A DNA stretch of 64,000 nt from Convolutriloba macropyga (Eukaryota), in the NCBI RefSeq assembly GCF_964194025.1, contig NC_134468.1, positions 27,404,001-27,468,000 of the forward strand. The letters are read 5' to 3'. Shown here in pieces: positions 62,341-64,000 of the stretch. The notes below the pieces were generated by a model that saw only the letters and a program-made list of their open reading frames with translations, had not been told where the DNA came from and made no database searches. The translations under genes and the position numbers were made by a program. How positions within the stretch are numbered: position 1 is the first letter of the stretch; each line of letters opens with the position of its first letter.

Positions 62341-62588
62341 CTTCAATTGTTATATAAATAAACTAAAAATTGGACATAGATTACCCCCACCCGGGTCAGA
62401 ACAATTTTACAAGAGCAAAGAATCAGTTGCCTGTTACTATTTTAATGTAAATTTACTGTATTTCGGCCGTAAATTTGATATAATTTACTCTATTTGTTTG
62501 TCTATTAGTGTGCTTTCATTTCTGTGGTAGTGGTTATTTTACTATTTTAATCCGATCGGATAGAAAAACAAAAATTCAGGCGTGATTC

Positions 62589-62606
62589 TTTCCTCTGGGC
62601 GCACCA
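62589..62606 (-). promoter_or_regulatory. Primer-binding site
   Basis: TGGTGCGCCCAGAGGAAA begins 2 nt after the 5' LTR end. TGG is complementary to tRNA CCA. Primer tRNA not identified. Confidence 0.85.
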
Positions 62607-62608
62607 GT

Positions 62609-63711
62609 TATCAAATTTGGCTGGGCTGCTACAGATCACACAATACGGGATCTCTTTATGTATGCCAGTCAAACTTGACAAAAGATATAACAAATCGAAG
62701 GCAAAGATATATGCCTAAGACCTGTCTGTGCTATAAGTCTCAATTTAAAGTAGTTGGGGGGCTGAAAGTATTTAATTTATAAAAGAGTAAATATAAAATT
62801 ACAGCTTACTAATTACCAGTTGTGTAGTGATGAAATGGAGGTGAGCTGCTGGGCGATCGTTCACTTGGGTGTTTCTTCAGTTATGTTATTTGTCGAAAAA
62901 GAAAGTTATAAAATTAAATCTGGAATTATTTGTCTAAGTTATTAAACAATTTTGTTCGACTATTTTATTGTTAAAGTGAAGTTAAATTTTGAGAAAAATG
63001 AAAGCAGTTGTCTGCTGCTTGTTTCTGGGAGTGATTTCTGTCTCTCTAATTTTATTCCGTCCCACTTCGCTGAGAGAAACAATTAATTCCTCTCAGCTCC
63101 GTTTGGGCCGATAGGGAGCGAATCACAAACTCACGTTCATAGTGAGGTGCTTCTTAATTTTCCTATTGGCCGAGAAGGCAAGAGAATTAACTCTTTTTTA
63201 TCTCACGGAAAAATTATTGAAACTCCAAAAATTAATAAAAATCTAAAAAGCTGAGAGCATCAATTATTGATTTCTTAGGCGCCTGTTTTCTGCTTTTCCC
63301 CTCTTCTAAAACCGCAACAATTATGGTTTTCTTGGGGGCTTTTTATGAGATTCTATTGTCTTTTCCCCTGAAGCAATCTGCTTCATCTTTATTGAACTTG
63401 GGGGGAAAGATCTGCATTGCAACTGTCAAAAGCAGAAGTAATTTAAATAAAAAAAAACTGTGGTTTTACAGGCCGCCTACGTTCAACAACGTACATTTTC
63501 TATCCTGGATATAAGCGAGGAGATCCAGGCCTAAAGTTGTGTTATTTAAATAAGTCGAACTGAGTTGTTTAAATACTTGTGTACTGGTAGTCTTAATAAG
63601 CGTTAGTTTGTTTAGCGCGCGGCGAAAGAATGGTTAATTAGCGCCTAAATACGTTCGCTCTAATGCGGGATTAATTATCCGCTCATTTGTAACGGCTCTC
63701 GTAATACTACA
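62609..63711 (-). repeat. 5' LTR (1103 bp)
   Basis: Direct repeat of 43846-44947. Minus-strand termini TGTAGT...TTGATA. Confidence 0.97.
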
Positions 63712-63918
63712 AGTGTTTTTACGCCCCTCCTGTTAACGCGTAATCAACTGACTACGCAAATTTCATGTATATTTTATTAAGGTCATCAAGAACAAAAATG
63801 TGCAGGCTTATTAAAATCGCAGTAATTAAGTTCACGAGATCATGTACAATTTTACGTAGCAATTCAGGGTTGTTTTTTTCGCGAGTTTCCCAACCAAATC
63901 TTTTTTATTTTCGGCCAG

Positions 63919-64000
63919 ATTCACTTGCAAGACGAGAGGTGCGTTTGACGTGGAGCCGAAACACGGAGTTGTACCGATTGGAGGAAATACTCAGCTCATT
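63919..64000 (+). CDS. HYDIN: HYDIN exon 6 (runs off window)
   Basis: ccag acceptor. Phase 2 completes AG|A (Arg), then FTCKTRGAFDVEPKHGVVPIGGNTQL, collinear with HYDIN FHIKTCRPFSIEPAIGTLNVGESMQL. Confidence 0.88.

Larger units (their letters stand above)
43846..63711 (-). mobile_element. Giant (19,866 bp) env-bearing Ty3/Gypsy LTR retrotransposon / endogenous retrovirus-like element in HYDIN intron 5
   Basis: Paired LTRs, AGTG TSD (43842-43845 and 63712-63715), PBS, PPT, gag, PR-RT-RH-IN order, env, many accessory ORFs. Confidence 0.97.

Overview
AT-rich, intron-containing eukaryotic (most likely invertebrate animal) genomic DNA dominated by retroelements. Two host genes sit head-to-head. 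A BtpA/SgcQ-family gene lies on the minus strand (4 exons, 13250-23276). The 5' part of HYDIN lies on the plus strand (6 exons, 26487 to beyond 64000). Positions 1-12600 are a nest of LINE copies (RTE-like and an L2/CR1-group-like family). The BtpA intron holds an RTE relic whose interior is amplified as a ~1 kb tandem array. HYDIN intron 2 holds a ~9.5 kb purine-strand tract and intron 4 holds a tRNA-Arg(TCG) gene. The main discovery is in HYDIN intron 5: a young, 19.87 kb, antisense Ty3/Gypsy LTR element (43846-63711, 1.1 kb near-identical LTRs, 4-bp TSD, PBS, PPT). It carries gag, -1 frameshifted pol and a class III (chuvirus/herpes gB-like) env. It also carries about 19 co-oriented accessory ORFs: three paralogous tandem-RING proteins (two with myristoylation-type N-termini), two families of ~80-aa paralogues, several hydrophobic micro-ORFs and a coiled-coil protein. 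Several of these ORFs are joined by TAATG/ATGA stop-start overlaps. It reads like a complex endogenous retrovirus with a virus-style accessory gene cassette. All protein family calls come from motif recognition by eye; no database searches were run.
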